From an uncultured delta proteobacterium (lineage in GTDB: Bacteria > Desulfobacterota > Binatia > UBA9968), in contig CAVTUQ010000037.1 in assembly GCA_963737905.1 (NCBI GenBank), forward strand, positions 189,164 to 253,163: a DNA stretch of 64,000 nt. The letters run 5' to 3'. Of this stretch, positions 21,067 to 31,792 are shown one piece after another; the stretch's first letter is position 1, and every line of letters starts with the position of its first letter. The notes under the pieces are model-generated. The model had not been told where the DNA came from and made no database searches. It was given only the letters and a program-made list of their open reading frames with translations. The translations under genes were made by a program, and so were the position numbers.

Positions 21067-23252
21067 ATGAGCCTGCTTACTATTATGTGGTCGATCGCTG
21101 GGGCGATGTGCCTCACCCTTGCTATCGTGCACGGTGTGATATGGATCCGCCAGCGACACCACGCCTGGGCCAATTTGCTATTCACTTTTGCAGCGTTGGG
21201 TGCCGCGGGCTCGTCGTTCATGGAGCTGTGGGGGCTTCACGCCGACAGCGTCGAAACATACGTATTGGTGGCTCGATATCAGAATATTTGCGTCTTTGCT
21301 TTATTGGTCGCGCTTATCTGGTTCGTCTATGTTTACTTTGAAACCGCCAATCGATGGCTCGCGCTGGCGATAACCGGCCTGTGGGTTATTTCGATCATTG
21401 TCAACTTTCTGTCGCCTCATAGTCTCACCTTCTCGGAAATCACCAGTTTGAAGCGCATCGCGCTGCCCTGGGGTGAAGACTTTGCGGTCCCCGTCGGCAC
21501 CACCAACCCCTGGACGTCTGTCGCTAATTTCGCTTCTGTTTTACTCGTAATTTTCGTGGCGGATGCCTCGGTGCGTTTGTGGCGGCGCGGCGACCGCCGC
21601 CGGGCTGGAATTGTGGGCGGAAGCATTCTGTTCTTCATCGATTGCTGCTGGCATTCATACCCCTTTGGTCGACGAGGGTATCATCCAGACACCTTACATG
21701 ATTTCGTTCGCCTTCCTGGCGATTATCTTTGCCATGGGATTCGAGCTCATCGACGATGTTCTTCGGGCGTCGATCTTGTCGAAGGAAGTTGCAAGCAATG
21801 AGCGTCGTTGGCGGGCATTATTGGACAACGTCCAACTTCTCGTTGCGGGCGTCGATGACCAGGGTAATTACAACTACGTCAATCCGTATTTCTGTTCGAC
21901 CCTCGGCTATACTCCCGACGAAATACGGCGGCGGCATTTCACTGACGTGATCCCATCCACCGCGAGCGAACCCATCGGGCAAGAATTTCAGCATGTAATG
22001 GATCAGGAGAAAGCGATACAACCGCGGCGCGATCTTGTAATGCGTACCAGGGGGGGCGACTTAAGAAAGATCGTCTGGTCGAACGTGACGCTGTATAACC
22101 GTGACGGTCGCCCGGCCGGGGTACTGAGCATCGGGGCCGACGTTACAGTTCAGAGAGAGGCGGAAGAAGGCCTGAAGACAGCCTTGGAGGAGATTCAAGA
22201 ACTCAAGGAAAAACTTCAAGCGGAATGCCTCTACCTGCGCGAAGAGATCAATGTCAAAAATAATTTTGGCCGGATTGTTGGCGAGAGCGATGCCTTAAAA
22301 TATGTGTTGATGCGGGTTGAACAGGTCGCCCCGACGGAATCTACGGTGCTGCTCTTGGGAGAGACAGGCGTCGGTAAGGAACTGGTCGCCCGTGCGATCC
22401 ACGATATGAGTCGCCGCTCTCGCGCGCCGCTCATCAATTTAAACTGCGCGGCGTTGTCTGAAACTCTCGTTGAAAGCGAACTCTTCGGCCACGAAAAGGG
22501 AGCATTTACCGGGGCGGAGCGTCAGCATAAAGGCCGCTTCGAGATCGCTCACGGCGGCACGATCTTGCTGGACGAGGTAGGCGAGTTGCCGGCGGCCACT
22601 CAGGCGAAACTGCTGCGTGTCCTGGAGGAAGGCGAGTTCGAGCGAATTGGCAGCGGCACCACGCTCAAGGTCAATGTCCGCGTCATAGCGGCAACCAACC
22701 GGAATCTGTACCAGGAAGTCGCTGCAGGCAGGTTCCGGCAAGATCTTTTCTATCGACTCAACGTTTACCCGATCACGATCCCGCCATTGAGACAGCGCCG
22801 GGAAGATATTCCGCTGCTGGTTGAGTATTTTGTCCGAGAAATTGGCACGCGGATGGGAAAGGAATTCAAAGCGGTGCCGGCCGTGGTCCTGCGTGAGCTG
22901 ATGGAATACCACTGGCCTGGAAATATACGAGAACTGGAAAACGTAATCGAGCGCGCGGTGATCATTTCGCCGGCCGGGGTACTGCGCTTGCCGGAGCCCC
23001 TCGTCCGGGATGAACCAAAGCTACTCCGACGAAGGTTACCAAAATGGTACTGCGGAAACTTTACAGAAGGTTGCGACACTGGATGAGGCGGAAAGGCAGC
23101 ATATTTTGCGCGCTTTAGAGGCCACGGGTTGGCGCATCAGCGGCCCCAACGGCGCGGCAGCGATGCTCAAGCTCAATCCCTCTACCTTAAGATTTCGCAT
23201 GAAGAAGCTCGGTCTAGGTCGAAATCGGAAAAACCAAGCAGAATACCATTGA
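21067..23252 (+). CDS. Membrane-anchored PAS-domain sigma-54 enhancer-binding protein; two frameshifts
   Basis: Multi-TM N-terminus, PAS, AAA+ with [28 protein letters not shown] and RQDLFYRL, then a Fis-type HTH in ORF 23010..23252. Confidence 0.9.
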
Positions 23253-23326
23253 GTGTTAACGCGCGAAAATCTGGGTGCTGCCCGATCGAATTTTAGTGAA
23301 AAGTTCGAAAAGAGAACTGGTACCGA

Positions 23327-24331
23327 ATGAAGACCAATTTGGCATTTGTCTTATGGGTCTTGTTGACGGCCACCGGCGCCGCCCATGCAAATTTGACTCG
23401 ACCGCTGGCAAAGGACGGCCCCACGCCTATTTTCGTATCGGTGTACGTTTTGGACATTGATGAAGTGAATAGCGCGGATCAAAGTTTCAAGGCAAACGTC
23501 TTCTACCAAATGCGCTGGCGCGATCCAAGCTTGTCGCATCGCGGACCCGGCAAAGTGCGCCGGCCGTTAAACGAGGTTTGGCACCCTGGGCTGCAAATCG
23601 TCAGTCAGCAGCGGGTCTTCCCCACCTTTGCGGAGCTGGTGGAGATCGCGCCCGACGGAGAGGTCTTATACCGCCAGCGCGTATGGGGGTCTTTTTCGCA
23701 GCCGCTTAACGTGCGCCGATTTCCGTTTGACCGACAGATTTTCAATTTGCATTTCGTGTCAGAAGCCTATCGACCCGACGAGGTCGAACTGAGACAAGAT
23801 ACGCAGGTCAAGTCCGGCATTGCCGACGTTCTTTCCTTCGCCGACTGGGATATTGTGCGCTGGGAGACACGGACAGAGGCCTATCGAACCAATCCGCAAG
23901 CTGAACCTATAGCTGGATTTGTCTTATCGTTCGAAGCCGCGCGACGCTACGGCTATTTCGTGCTGAAGATCATCTTGCCGCTGGTTTTCATCGTCGCCAT
24001 GTCATGGGCAGTATTCTGGATCGATCCGCACGAAGGAGCAACGCAAATTTCCGTTTCCATCACCACCATATTGACCCTCATTGCGTACCAATTCTCGATT
24101 GGTCATGAGGTTCCTCGTGTGTCGTATCTGACTCGCCTCGATATGTTCATCCTCGGTTCGACCATCCTCATCTTTGGAAGTTTGGTCGAAGTCATGGTCA
24201 CCACGGCGCTAGCAAAACGTGGGCAGGCCGAGAAGGCCCTTTTGCTTGACCAGTGGTCGCGTTGGCTTTTTCCGGCGGCGTTCGCAGTTGTGGTCGCACT
24301 GACGGTCCTTCGCGGCTACACAAATACATGA
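23327..24331 (+). CDS. Prokaryotic pentameric ligand-gated ion channel (GLIC/ELIC-like)
   Basis: Signal peptide, WRDP, WHP, Pro-loop FPFDRQ, four TM helices (ILPLVFIV; M2 ISVSITTILTLIAYQF; YLTRLD). Confidence 0.88.
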   Translation: MKTNLAFVLWVLLTATGAAHANLTRPLAKDGPTPIFVSVYVLDIDEVNSADQSFKANVFYQMRWRDPSLSHRGPGKVRRPLNEVWHPGLQIVSQQRVFPTFAELVEIAPDGEVLYRQRVWGSFSQPLNVRRFPFDRQIFNLHFVSEAYRPDEVELRQDTQVKSGIADVLSFADWDIVRWETRTEAYRTNPQAEPIAGFVLSFEAARRYGYFVLKIILPLVFIVAMSWAVFWIDPHEGATQISVSITTILTLIAYQFSIGHEVPRVSYLTRLDMFILGSTILIFGSLVEVMVTTALAKRGQAEKALLLDQWSRWLFPAAFAVVVALTVLRGYTNT

Positions 24332-24486
24332 TGGATGGATGCGTTCGAAACTCGATCCTTAAGCACCCCGTTGGCAGTGCTTAGCTATCCCAACCCCCTT
24401 AAATAGCTTGCCGCGTCGTTCGCAATAAATCCTGTTTGCTCAACCATCTGTTCCGCTTGCCGGGCTACCAATATTTCGGCATCTAG

Positions 24487-24502
24487 TCGCAGCATTTTGC
24501 GA
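24487..24502. promoter_or_regulatory. Candidate upstream activator site (palindrome)
   Basis: TCGCA-GCATTT-TGCGA about 120 bp upstream of a sigma-54 promoter. Confidence 0.5.
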
Positions 24503-24619
24503 GTTCCGCAACATACTACCAGCTGCGATCGCGGGTGTCATATCGTTTGAATTTCACTCCCTCTTGCAACTCCGCAACAAAGCAATTGTTTCGAAGCCAA
24601 TTAAGAAATCCTTGCAGAG

Positions 24620-24634
24620 TGGCACCAGGGTTGC
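24620..24634 (+). promoter_or_regulatory. Sigma-54 (-24/-12) promoter
   Basis: TGGCAC-CAGGG-TTGC, an exact TGGCAC-N5-TTGC match about 40 nt before ATG 24676. Confidence 0.85.
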
Positions 24635-24675
24635 CTGTAGGACCCAATAAGAACGGCGTCATAGCTCAAAGAAAA

Positions 24676-24984
24676 ATGCCAGCAATAGTGATTAAGGCGC
24701 AGGTCGACGCTGACCGGCGCTACGAATTGTTTCAGGTGCTCAAAGGCGCGACGCCAGCAAAACAATTGCCGGTTGGTTGTTTGGACCGTCGGGTTTACGA
24801 GGAAGTTCATGATCCCTTACACCTTCTAATGATTGAGCATTGGTCGGACGAAACGGCGATGAACGAGTATAAATCTTCCACTGGTTTCCGCGCGTTGATT
24901 GGAGCCATCAAGGTCCTTGGAACTCTAGAAAAACTTCTGACGATCGAGGAACGCGTCGATGAGCAGCTAACGACGGAAGAATGA
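24676..24984 (+). CDS. Antibiotic-biosynthesis-monooxygenase (ABM) domain protein
   Basis: GCLDRRVYEE...LMIEHWSD...FRALIGA pattern; start moved to ATG 24676, downstream of the promoter. Confidence 0.72.
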   Translation: MPAIVIKAQVDADRRYELFQVLKGATPAKQLPVGCLDRRVYEEVHDPLHLLMIEHWSDETAMNEYKSSTGFRALIGAIKVLGTLEKLLTIEERVDEQLTTEE

Positions 24985-25063
24985 CCATGACCAAGCGTTT
25001 GGGGAGTCTATTACGTTGTATCGATGCGATGAACATAAATTTATCCGCAAAGGGAGGTAAATC

Positions 25064-25450
25064 ATGAATCGAAAACTAGTGAGCATGTTGTTTTTGATGA
25101 CGTTTCTCAACGCTGGAGTCGCGGGTGCGGTCACGGCGGAGGATTTCGAAGTTAAGACCACACAGAGCTTACTAAACTTATGCGCGGTCTCGGCCAATGA
25201 CCCGTTAGCAAAGGAAGCAATTCAGATGTGTCAGGGTTATTTGGTGGGGGCGTACGACTATCATATGGCTGAAAACTCGGGGCCCGGAGGACAACCGCTC
25301 GTATGTCTCCCCAAGCCCGAGCCGTCACGCAACGAGGTGACAGCGATGTTCGTCGCATGGGTAAAGGCGCATCCGCAATATATGAAAGAGAGTCCGGTTG
25401 AGACGGAATTCAGGTTCTTAACTGAGAAATGGCCGTGCAAAAAGAAGTAA
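25064..25450 (+). CDS. Exported Rap1a/Tai-like small Cys protein
   Basis: Signal peptide; LC...CQGYLVG...CLP...WPC pattern; SD GGAGG. Confidence 0.78.
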   Translation: MNRKLVSMLFLMTFLNAGVAGAVTAEDFEVKTTQSLLNLCAVSANDPLAKEAIQMCQGYLVGAYDYHMAENSGPGGQPLVCLPKPEPSRNEVTAMFVAWVKAHPQYMKESPVETEFRFLTEKWPCKKK

Positions 25451-25473
25451 CCCGATGAATCCAAAGGGAGGAT

Positions 25474-25749
25474 ATGATGAATAAGATTGCAGCGTTTATG
25501 GTTGTATTCGTGCTTATCGTAGCGCTCAGCGGATGTACGATGTCGGAAACCGGGCAACGAACTGCCAGTGGAAGCCTGATTGGCGCGGGCGCCGGCGGGA
25601 TCATTGGCGCGATTGCGGGAAACGCAGGAATGGGAGCGGCCATCGGAGCAGGCCTCGGCGCCACCGGTGGTTTTCTCTACGGTAAGCACAAGGAAAGTGA
25701 GCAAGAAGCCTATCAGCGCGGGCGGACGGATGCGAGTCGGGGTCGGTAG
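25474..25749 (+). CDS. Glycine-zipper lipoprotein
   Basis: Lipobox LSGC; GAGAGGIIGAIAG...GAAIGAGLG. Confidence 0.82.
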   Translation: MMNKIAAFMVVFVLIVALSGCTMSETGQRTASGSLIGAGAGGIIGAIAGNAGMGAAIGAGLGATGGFLYGKHKESEQEAYQRGRTDASRGR

Positions 25750-25842
25750 CTTTGCTTGGGATTTTTACTTGAGCGCGGTGGCGGCGCCACGGTGCGAAGC
25801 GATATCTCGACTCCACTCGGGGTCAGCCACGAGTGCCAACGC

Positions 25843-26688
25843 ATGAGTCGGAGGAGCAAAACCTTGAAACTCGCGTACATCGTCCAGTTTTTTGCCGCGC
25901 TAACCCTATTTGTTTTCTTTACAATCGAATCAGCACCAGCCCAACAAGACGATCTGCGCGCCAAGGCGCAGAACCCGGTTGCTAACCTGATTAGCGTGCC
26001 GTTGGAAAGCACGTTCGACTTTGGCGCGCCCAATGGCAGTGCCTATTTCTTAAACGTTCAACCCGTTATTCCGGTCACAGTCGGGGATTGGAACCTTATC
26101 AACCGAATCATCCTGCCGCTCATCTATGTTCCCGGCGAGATCGCCGGCACGCCGGATATTCCCGCTGGCGGCAAAGGTGGGGCAGCGTTTGGTCTTGGCG
26201 ACATCAACTATTCGCTCTTCGCATCTCCAGCAAAACCTGGACAGGTGACCTGGGGGTTGGGTCCGTCGATCAACCTTCGCACCGCGACGGATACGCAGCT
26301 CGGTTCGGGTAAGTGGAGTGCCGGGCCAACGGCGGTTATACTCACCCAGCCGAAGCCCTGGAGCTTGGGCGTGCTCGTACGAAATATTTGGTCGTTCGCC
26401 GGCGACTCCAAACGCGACAAAGTGAACCAGTTTCTGCTCCAGCCCTTCATAACTTACAACCTCGAAAACGGCTGGTATTTAACGTCTAACCCGGTCCTCA
26501 CAGCTAACTGGGATGCCGGTTCCAGCAATCGCTGGACGGTTCCTCTGGGGGGCGGAGCCGGCAAACTCTTCACGATCGGAAAACAACCGATTAACACAAG
26601 AGTAGAATTCTATTACAACGTCGAGCGGCCAGAGCTCGCACCGGACTGGGCAATGAAGTTCACGATTGCGTTTCTATTTCCGAAATAG
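25843..26688 (+). CDS. Outer-membrane beta-barrel protein ('neuromedin U'-annotated family)
   Basis: AQNPVANLISVP, QPVIP, GLGD, LGSGKWSAGP and terminal FLFPK. Confidence 0.78.
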   Translation: MSRRSKTLKLAYIVQFFAALTLFVFFTIESAPAQQDDLRAKAQNPVANLISVPLESTFDFGAPNGSAYFLNVQPVIPVTVGDWNLINRIILPLIYVPGEIAGTPDIPAGGKGGAAFGLGDINYSLFASPAKPGQVTWGLGPSINLRTATDTQLGSGKWSAGPTAVILTQPKPWSLGVLVRNIWSFAGDSKRDKVNQFLLQPFITYNLENGWYLTSNPVLTANWDAGSSNRWTVPLGGGAGKLFTIGKQPINTRVEFYYNVERPELAPDWAMKFTIAFLFPK

Positions 26689-26864
26689 AGCCATGAACTT
26701 CAGCTCTGATTTGACAAGTGAGACCGTCATTACGCTATGAGAGCGCGGCGCTGGAACTCGCCGGTTGCGCTAGCACGGCATTCAAACGACAGAGCTATTG
26801 AAAATTTCTGATTAACCGAGTTTGAGATCAAATAAGTTCAAATCTCAATAGAAAGAAGGGAGAA

Positions 26865-28370
26865 TTGAAAATGGCTCAGGCAGGACAGGAGAAACCTAAC
26901 ATCCTCATACTCTGGGGAGACGACGTGGGGTGGTGGAACATCAGCTACAACAGCCGGGGTCAAATGGGTTACCGGACTCCCAACATCGACCGCGTCGGCA
27001 ACGAAGGCGTGGCCTTCACCGATTACTACGCGCAGCAGAGCTGTACCGCGGGGCGGGCCGCGTTCATTTGCGGCCAGAACCCGATCCGCACAGGACTGAC
27101 CAAGGTGGGGATGCCTGGCGCCGACGTAGGCCTTCAGGCAGAAGACCCGACCATCGCTGAGCTACTCAAACCTTTGGGCTACGCTACCGGCCAATTCGGC
27201 AAGAACCATCTGGGGGACAAGGACAAGTTTCTGCCCACAAACCACGGCTTCGACGAATTCTTTGGCAATCTCTACCACCTCAACGCCGAGGAAGAGCCCG
27301 AGGACCCGGACTACCCGAAGGACCCGGCATTCAAGCAGAAGTTCGGACCCAGAGGCGTGCTCCACTGCTGGGCCGATGGTAAGGGCGGACAGAAGATTGA
27401 GGACACCGGTCCTCTCACTAAAAAGCGCATGGAGACTATCGACGAGGATGTTACGGAGCACGCCTTACGCTTCATCGACGACGCGCACAAGTCTAATAAG
27501 CCTTTCTTCCTCTGGTACAATACCACGGCCATGCACTTCCGGACCCACGCCGCCAAGAAGCATGAGGGCAAGAGCGGCCAAGGGTTCTACAATGACGTGA
27601 TGGTCGCCCATGACGAGAACATCGGCAAGATGCTGGCGAAGCTCGACGAGTTGGGCATCGCCGAAGACACCATCGTCATGTACTCCACCGATAACGGTCC
27701 GCACTTCAACAGCTGGCCGGATGCCGGCATCACCCCGTACAGGTCCGAGAAGAACACCAACTGGGAGGGCGGCTGGCGGGTACCGGTTTTCGTGCGCTGG
27801 CCGGGAAAAATCAAGGCGGGCTCGGTCCTGAACGGCGTTGTGTCACACCAGGACTGGCTGCCGACCTTCCTGGCGGCCGCGGGAGAACCCGACATCAAGG
27901 AGAAGCTCCTCAAGGGCCACAAGGCCGGCGACAAAACCTTCAAGGTGCATATCGACGGCCACAACATGTTGCCCTATCTGACCGGCGAGGTAAAAGAGAG
28001 CCCCAGGCAGTCCTTCTTCTACATCAGCGATGACGGTGACGTCATGGCGATCCGAGACGGCGATTGGAAGTTTGTATTGATGGAGCAACGTGCAAAGACT
28101 ATGCAATGCTGGGTGGAGCCGTTTGTACCGCTCCGCATTCCGAAGATATTCAACCTGCGCCGCGACCCGTTCGAGCGAGCCGACGAGAACTCGAACACCT
28201 ACTGGGACTGGGTCATCTCCCATGTCTTTTTGATCTTCGGGATGCAGTCGCTTGTAGCGCAGCAGATTGACTCGTTCAAGCAGTTCCCGCCGCGCCAGAA
28301 GCCGGCCTCTTTCAATCTGGACGCGGTGCTGGCGCATCTGGAGGATGCGGGCGGCGGAGGCAGCCACTGA
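26865..28370 (+). CDS. Arylsulfatase (Cys-type, CxAxR)
   Basis: PNILILWGDDVG, SCTAGRAAF, GKNHLG, TDNG and EGGWRVP; no signal peptide. Confidence 0.93.
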   Translation: MKMAQAGQEKPNILILWGDDVGWWNISYNSRGQMGYRTPNIDRVGNEGVAFTDYYAQQSCTAGRAAFICGQNPIRTGLTKVGMPGADVGLQAEDPTIAELLKPLGYATGQFGKNHLGDKDKFLPTNHGFDEFFGNLYHLNAEEEPEDPDYPKDPAFKQKFGPRGVLHCWADGKGGQKIEDTGPLTKKRMETIDEDVTEHALRFIDDAHKSNKPFFLWYNTTAMHFRTHAAKKHEGKSGQGFYNDVMVAHDENIGKMLAKLDELGIAEDTIVMYSTDNGPHFNSWPDAGITPYRSEKNTNWEGGWRVPVFVRWPGKIKAGSVLNGVVSHQDWLPTFLAAAGEPDIKEKLLKGHKAGDKTFKVHIDGHNMLPYLTGEVKESPRQSFFYISDDGDVMAIRDGDWKFVLMEQRAKTMQCWVEPFVPLRIPKIFNLRRDPFERADENSNTYWDWVISHVFLIFGMQSLVAQQIDSFKQFPPRQKPASFNLDAVLAHLEDAGGGGSH

Positions 28371-28430
28371 CCTGCAGTCAAGTAAATTCGACGAATAGGT
28401 TTCCCAGGCGGACCCGCGGTTTAATGTACT

Positions 28431-29750
28431 ATGAGCCAGCGAGGAGAGCACCAGTCGCCACTTTTAGGTGTGGCAGCGGAAGTCCAAGACTTCTACGAAC
28501 GGTATCCCTATCCTCGGCCGATCGATAGCCTCGAAAAGTATCGACGGCTCTGGCAGGACCGACAAAGACGCCGTGCGGACTATCATCTGTTTTGGCCTGC
28601 CAGATCTTACCGCGAAGACTTATCCATCCTGATTGCCGGTTGCGGGACATCGCAAGCGGCAAAGCATGCCATGCGTTGGCCTGCGGCTCAGGTCACTGGC
28701 ATCGACTTCAGCGCAACGAGCGTGCGCTCTACCGAGGAGCTCAAGCGGAAATACAACTTGGACAATCTCCAAGTCCGCCAGCTTCCGGTCGAGCGTGTAA
28801 ACGAGTTGGAAACGAACTTCGATCAGATTATCTGCACCGGGGTTCTCCATCATCTTGCAGATCCCGATGCGGGGCTCAGCGCTCTGCGCGGCGTGCTCAA
28901 ACCGGACGGCGCGATGCATCTCATGGTGTATGCGCCTTACGGACGGACCGGCATCTATATGCTGCAGGAATTCTGCAGACGGATCGGCATCCATGCCAAC
29001 GACGCGGAGATTCGAGATCTCATCGATGCGCTCAAGACGTTGCCACCGGGGCATCCGCTGGAAGGCCTGCTGCGCGAGGCCCCGGACTTCGGGCAAGAGG
29101 CAGCACTTGCCGATGCGCTTCTACACCCGCAGGACCGCGCCTATTCCGTGCCGCAATTATTCGATTTCATCGAAAGGGCAGGCCTGACATTTGTCCGGTG
29201 GCTAAAACAAGCACCCTACACCCCTCATTGTGGAGTCGTAGCAAAGATCCCGCAGGCTTCCCGGCTAAAAGAGCTTTCCGTAGCAGAGCAGTATGCCGCT
29301 GTCGAACTATTTCGGGGCACAATGGTTCGCCACAGCATGGTTGCCTACCGAGACGACAGTCCCGGCGAGATGCAACCGATAAGTTTCGCCGGTGACGCCT
29401 GGCTTCGTTATGTGCCCCTTCGAATGCCAGACACGATCTGTGTTCAAGAGCGGCTGCCTCCCAGGGCCGCGGCCGTTCTAATCAACCGGACTCACACCTA
29501 CAGGGATCTATTCATGCCAATAGATTCAACAGAAAAGCGTTTGTTCGATGCCATTCACGGGAACTGTAGTATCGGAGTGATCGTCGACAGAACGTTGTCG
29601 TCCTCACAAATAAATTCGCAGCTCGACATGGCACGTGCCTTCTTTGAAAAGCTCTGGTGGTACGATCAGGTCGTGTTCGACGCGTCGCAATGTAGGGACT
29701 TGCTGCCAGGGAGAGCGGAAAATGACCGCAACGTTGCTAAGCTGGCGTGA
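28431..29750 (+). CDS. Class I SAM-dependent methyltransferase
   Basis: FYERYPYP, ILIAGCGT and CTGVLHHL motifs. Confidence 0.88.
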   Translation: MSQRGEHQSPLLGVAAEVQDFYERYPYPRPIDSLEKYRRLWQDRQRRRADYHLFWPARSYREDLSILIAGCGTSQAAKHAMRWPAAQVTGIDFSATSVRSTEELKRKYNLDNLQVRQLPVERVNELETNFDQIICTGVLHHLADPDAGLSALRGVLKPDGAMHLMVYAPYGRTGIYMLQEFCRRIGIHANDAEIRDLIDALKTLPPGHPLEGLLREAPDFGQEAALADALLHPQDRAYSVPQLFDFIERAGLTFVRWLKQAPYTPHCGVVAKIPQASRLKELSVAEQYAAVELFRGTMVRHSMVAYRDDSPGEMQPISFAGDAWLRYVPLRMPDTICVQERLPPRAAAVLINRTHTYRDLFMPIDSTEKRLFDAIHGNCSIGVIVDRTLSSSQINSQLDMARAFFEKLWWYDQVVFDASQCRDLLPGRAENDRNVAKLA

Positions 29751-29831
29751 CGGCGCGGCGATTCGCGGTTTCTGAATTTGGCAAGAACTCCGTTTGCTCT
29801 GTGTACTCCTGTTTAAGACCCAAGGAGAGTA

Positions 29832-30668
29832 ATGAACCTCCAGCAACTGATCATGCTCTGCCTGCAGGCGAGCATCTTTCTGACGGTGTTCGGTTACGGG
29901 TTGCAGGCAACCATGGACGACGCGCTTTATGTGGTGCGCAGGCCCGCCTTTCTGGCGCGGTCGCTCGTCGCGATGTTCGTGTTCATGCCGCTCATCGCCG
30001 TGACCATAACCGCCGTATTCGACTTCCACCCTGCCGTCGAGATTGCGCTCGTCGCTATCGCGATCTCGCCCATTCCGCCGCTGCTGCCACAGCGCGTGAT
30101 CAAGGCGGGAGGTGGGGCTTCCTACGCGCTCGGGTTGATGGCGACGGCAGCGCTCCTGTCGATTGTCTTTATTCCGTTGGCCGTACATTTCATCGGCCGA
30201 TTTTTCAATGAGCCCTTTGGGATTGCGCCCGGCGCGGTGGCGCACCTGGCGCTGCTTACCGTCTTGGCGCCGCTTGCCGCCGGCATGGCGTTTCGGGCGG
30301 TGGTGAGCACGATCGCCGACCGCATCCAGAAGCGTGTTGCGCTCATCGCGATCGCGCTGCTGGCGGTGGGTGCACTGGCGATTCTGATCGCGGCGCTGCC
30401 GGAGGTGCTCGCGCTGGTCGGCAACGGAACCATCGTGGTGATCGTCGCGTTCGTCGTGGTGGGGCTAGCCGTCGGACACGTGTTCGCAGGGCGGGACCCC
30501 AACGATCAGATCGTGCTCGCGATCTCCACCGCTTGCCGTCATCCAGCCATCGCGCTGGCCATCGCAAATGCGACCTATCCGCAGGAGAGACTGGTGGGTG
30601 GCGCCATCCTGCTCTATCTGGTGCTCAATATCCTCGTCTCAATTCCGTACGTTAGATGGCAGCGCTGA
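29832..30668 (+). CDS. Bile acid:sodium symporter (SBF)-like transporter
   Basis: About 9 TM helices; SPIPPLLP and STACRHPAIAL motifs. Confidence 0.78.
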   Translation: MNLQQLIMLCLQASIFLTVFGYGLQATMDDALYVVRRPAFLARSLVAMFVFMPLIAVTITAVFDFHPAVEIALVAIAISPIPPLLPQRVIKAGGGASYALGLMATAALLSIVFIPLAVHFIGRFFNEPFGIAPGAVAHLALLTVLAPLAAGMAFRAVVSTIADRIQKRVALIAIALLAVGALAILIAALPEVLALVGNGTIVVIVAFVVVGLAVGHVFAGRDPNDQIVLAISTACRHPAIALAIANATYPQERLVGGAILLYLVLNILVSIPYVRWQR

Positions 30669-30695
30669 TACGAGTGATGTGATGAGACCGTAATT

Positions 30696-31083
30696 ATGAA
30701 CGAGCCCGGGGTACCCAGCGGAGTCATGGAAGCGGTGCGCAATGCCATGGAGATTGCAGCGCTGGGAATTGAAGTTATGGCCGTAGCAACCATCGTCGTC
30801 GCCACCGTTCATGGAACCTCGCGCTATCTATTTCACCTTAACCGACAGGTGGGCGATGCTTACCGGCAGTACAAGATCGAGCTTGGCAAGGCGCTACTAC
30901 TGGCCCTGGAGTTCTTGGTCGCCGCCGACATAATTACGACCGTCGTGCTGGAACCGACTTTGGAAAATGTCCTGATATTGGCGGCCCTCGTCATCGTGCG
31001 GACATTCCTGAGCTTGGTCGTTGGTGGTGGAGATCGAAGGTCGGTGGCCGTGGAAAGGAACAAAGAGTGTCGAAGGGGAATGA
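30696..31083 (+). CDS. DUF1622 membrane protein; frameshift near 31015
   Basis: LGKALLLALEFLVAADII, RTFLS; the shifted frame continues WSLVVEIEGRWPW to TGA 31081-31083. Confidence 0.85.
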
Positions 31084-31215
31084 AGTGTCGAGGGTCGAGG
31101 GAGTAAGAGTGACGAGCGACGAGCGGAGGCTACTAAGGAGCAAATAGGTGCAGCCGGCGGTGTTCAGGTTTCAGTTGTCGAAAGGTTTGTCTGAAACCTG
31201 GCACCCGAAACCTGA
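31065..31215. repeat. Degenerate 7-mer repeat tracts, the second forming an inverted pair
   Basis: GTGTCGA/GGGTCGA/GACGAGC tracts, then TTCAGGT TTCAGTT ... TGAAACC TGGCACC CGAAACC. Confidence 0.55.
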
Positions 31216-31256
31216 TCCGTTTGTGTCTCGGTGGGGTGAAAGGAACCAATGTTGAG

Positions 31257-31652
31257 ATGGCAAACCAAACGGCACCAAGCACGATAGATCTCGATACCTC
31301 GACAAAACTTGCTTACGATCGTACCCGTCTCGCCTATGAAAACACCATGATGGGCTGGGTGAGGACGGGGACGTCGCTGATCACCTTCGGTTTCAGCGTT
31401 TACAAGTTCTTCCAGTTCGAAGTGGCGGCGACCGAGGAGGTCGGACTCCTGATCACGCCGCGCATATTCGGCGTGATAATGATTATCTTCGGCATGCTGT
31501 CGTTGCTGGCGGGAACCGTGCAACATGTGATGAGCGTTCGGCAGTTGAGGTCGCAGTATCCAGCTATTCCCCGTTCGCTGGCCGCAATGCTCGCCGGTTT
31601 AATCTCAATCCTCGGGTTGCTGGCGCTGATCGCGGCGATTTTTCAGAAGTAA
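31257..31652 (+). CDS. DUF202 (YidH-like) membrane protein
   Basis: RTRLAYENTMMGWVRTGTSLITFGF and three TM helices. Confidence 0.85.
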   Translation: MANQTAPSTIDLDTSTKLAYDRTRLAYENTMMGWVRTGTSLITFGFSVYKFFQFEVAATEEVGLLITPRIFGVIMIIFGMLSLLAGTVQHVMSVRQLRSQYPAIPRSLAAMLAGLISILGLLALIAAIFQK

Positions 31653-31792
31653 CTGATTGCCGCAACACTTACATTAGACGTAGCGCGGGCGATTTATACT
31701 CGTTCTCGTCGAGCCATCGGGAAAAAGTAACAGCGAATTTGCTTGCCCGGTGCGTCAGTTTGTGGTTTTTTATCAACCCTGGACAATCATGC

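Noticed and set aside
25064-25450. Type VI effector-immunity pair
   Set aside because: The Rap1a-like gene has no adjacent amidase effector or T6SS genes.
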